Assembly (NCBI RefSeq): GCF_009914755.1
Contig: NC_060937.1
Strand: one strand, 5' to 3'
DNA from: the human T2T-CHM13v2.0 reference genome, Homo sapiens
Length of the DNA stretch: 64,000 nucleotides
In this document: one piece after another, positions 62,001 to 64,000 of the stretch
How the letters are laid out: every line of letters starts with the position of its first letter
Numbering within the stretch: position 1 is the first letter of the stretch
Translations under genes and position numbers: made by a program
The notes under the pieces: generated by a model
What the model was told of the DNA's origin: nothing
The model's input: the letters and a program-made list of their open reading frames with translations, nothing else
Databases searched by the model: none

Positions 62001-64000
62001 CATAAAATATCAAAGTACACCAGATATATATTCTATAGTGTACATAAAATATGAAAATACCCAAACTATACATTATATACTGTACATAAAATATGAAATT
62101 ACATCAAATATATATTATATTAGGTACATAAAATATGAAAGTACATGAAATATAGATTATATACTGTACATAAAATATCAAGGTACCCCAAATATATATT
62201 ATATACTCTACATGAAATATCAAAGTTCACAAACTATATATTATATACTGTACATAAAATATCAAAGTACCCAAGGTATATATTCTATACTGTACAAAAA
62301 ATAACAAAGTACCAAAAGCATGTATAATATACTGTATATAAAATATGAAAGTACATCAAATATATATTTTATTCTGTACATAAAATATCAAAGTACACCA
62401 GATATATATTCTATAGTGTACATAAAATATCAAAGTACCCAAACTATACATTATATACTGTAAATAAAATATGAAATTACATCAAATATATTTTATATTA
62501 GGTACATAAAATATGAAAGTACATCAAATATATATTTTATTCTGTACATAAAATATCAAAGTACACCAGATATATATTCTATAGTGTACATAAAATATCA
62601 AAGTACCCAAACTATACATTATATACTGTACATAAAATATGAAATTACATCAAATATATTTTATATTAGGTACATAAAATATGAAAGTACATCAAATATA
62701 GATTATATACTGTACATTATATACCAAAGTACCCCAAATATATATTTTATACTGTACATGAAATATCAAAGTTCACAAACTATATATTATATACTGTACA
62801 TATAATATCAAAGAATCCAAGGTATATATTCTATACTGTACAAAAAATAACAAAGTACCAAAAGCATGTATTATATACTGTACCTAAAATATGAAATTAC
62901 ATCAAATATATATTTTATTCTGTACATAAAATATCAAAGTACACCAGATATATATTCTATAGTGTACATAAAATATCAAAGTACCCAAACTATACATTAT
63001 ATACTGTACATAAAATATGAAATTACATCAAATATACTTTATATTAGGTACATAAAATATGAAAGTACATGAAATATAGATTATATACCGTACATAAAAT
63101 ATCAAGGTACCCCAAATATATATTATATACTCTACATGAAATATCAAAGTTCACAAACTATATATTATATACTGTACATAAAATATCAAAGTACCCAAGG
63201 TATATATTCTATACTGTACAAAAAATAACAAAGTACCAAAAGCATGTATAATATACTGTACCTAAAATATGAAAGTACATCAAATATATATTTTATTCTG
63301 TACATAAAATATCAAAGTACACCAGATATATATTCTATAGTGTACATAAAATATCAAAGTACCCAAACTATACATTATATACTGTACATAAAATATGAAA
63401 TTACATCAAATATATTTTATATTAGGTACATAAAATATGAAAGTACATGAAATATAGATTATATACTGTACATAAAATATCAAGGTACCCCAAATATATA
63501 TTATATACTCTACATGAAATATCAAAGTTCACAAACTATATATTATATACTGTACATAAAATATCAAAGTACCCAAGGTATATATTCTATACTGTACAAA
63601 AAATAACAAAGTACCAAAAGCATGTATAATATACTGTACATAAAATATGAAAGTACATCAAATATATATTTTATTCTGTACATAAAATATCAAAGTACAC
63701 CAGATATATATTCTATAGTGTACATAAAATATCAAAATACCCAAACTATACATTATATACTGTACATAAAATATGAAATTACATCAAATATATATTATAT
63801 TAGGTACATAAAATATGAAAGTACATGAAATATAGATTATATACTGTACATAAAATATCAAGGTACCCCAAATATATATTATATACTCTACATGAAATAT
63901 CAAAGTTCACAAACTATATATTATATACTGTACATAAAATATCAAAGTACCCAAGGTATATATTCTATACTGTACAAAAAATAACAAAGTACCAAAAGCA
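50080..64000 (+). repeat. Sub-array Z (copy 2): homogeneous 2977-bp units with one 2431-bp variant, running off the window end
   Basis: CCGG markers at 52884, 55861, 58292 and 61269 give spacings 2977, 2431 and 2977. Matching ORF starts are 52902, 55879, 58310 and 61287. Confidence 0.9.

Larger units (their letters stand above)
1..64000 (+). repeat. Human satellite 1A (HSat1A / SAR)-type tandem array, 42-bp monomer
   Basis: Continuous 42-bp periodicity (TGTACATAAAATAT[C/G]AAAGTAC...TATATAC). GTAC (RsaI) sites are spaced 17 and 25 bp, which is the classical A/B subunit structure of human satellite 1. About 80% AT, same orientation throughout. Family assigned from recognition of the consensus, not from a database search. 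Confidence 0.95.

Noticed and set aside
35-63828. About 150 plus-strand ORFs of Tyr/Ile/Lys-rich 14-aa repeats (up to 314 aa, e.g. 11381-12325)
   Set aside because: 42 bp is 14 codons and one frame of the consensus lacks stops. ORF ends are set by random SNPs and 5-bp deletions, and stop-creating variants are freely amplified. There is no gene structure or recognisable domain.
1-64000. CRISPR-like look (conserved core plus variable segment every 42 bp)
   Set aside because: The variable parts are homologous to each other and cycle every nine units instead of being unique spacers. There are no cas genes or leader.
1-64000. Transposon insertions, inversions, alpha satellite, CENP-B boxes or telomeric repeats
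   Set aside because: None seen on reading. The A-rich strand polarity and monomer phase are continuous from end to end.
1-64000. TATA-like motifs and short palindromes (TGTACA, ATATAT) as promoters or cruciforms
   Set aside because: Expected from the composition and present in every monomer. The palindromes are too short for stable structures, and there is no supporting context.
1-64000. Assignment to a specific chromosome
   Set aside because: HSat1A arrays occur on several human chromosomes (e.g. 3, 4 and acrocentrics such as 13). This cannot be resolved without an alignment.

Overview
The whole 64 kb is one uninterrupted, single-orientation, very AT-rich (~20% GC by eye) tandem satellite. 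The 42-bp monomer (e.g. TGTACATAAAATATCAAAGTACCCAAACTATACATTATATAC) is split by GTAC sites into 17+25 bp subunits and arranged as a 378-bp 9-mer. This matches human satellite 1A (HSat1A/SAR), i.e. primate (peri)centromeric or acrocentric heterochromatin. I see no genes, RNA genes, transposons or CRISPR arrays. The ORFs are artefacts of a 42-bp (14-codon) unit with one stop-poor frame. Above the 9-mer there is a nested hierarchy: 373-bp and +168-bp variants; 919, 2977/2431, 4296, ~4.6-5.0 kb and 6344-bp periods; and an X-Y-Z / X'-Y'-Z' macro-duplication with offsets 26010, 33839 and 33461. The most interesting functional hypothesis is strand-asymmetric RNA motif content: about 6 of 9 monomers carry a perfect Pumilio element (UGUANAUA) on the + strand, while the - strand carries a canonical AATAAA once per 9-mer. 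Offsets were derived by hand from the ORF track and diagnostic variants, and breakpoints are approximate.
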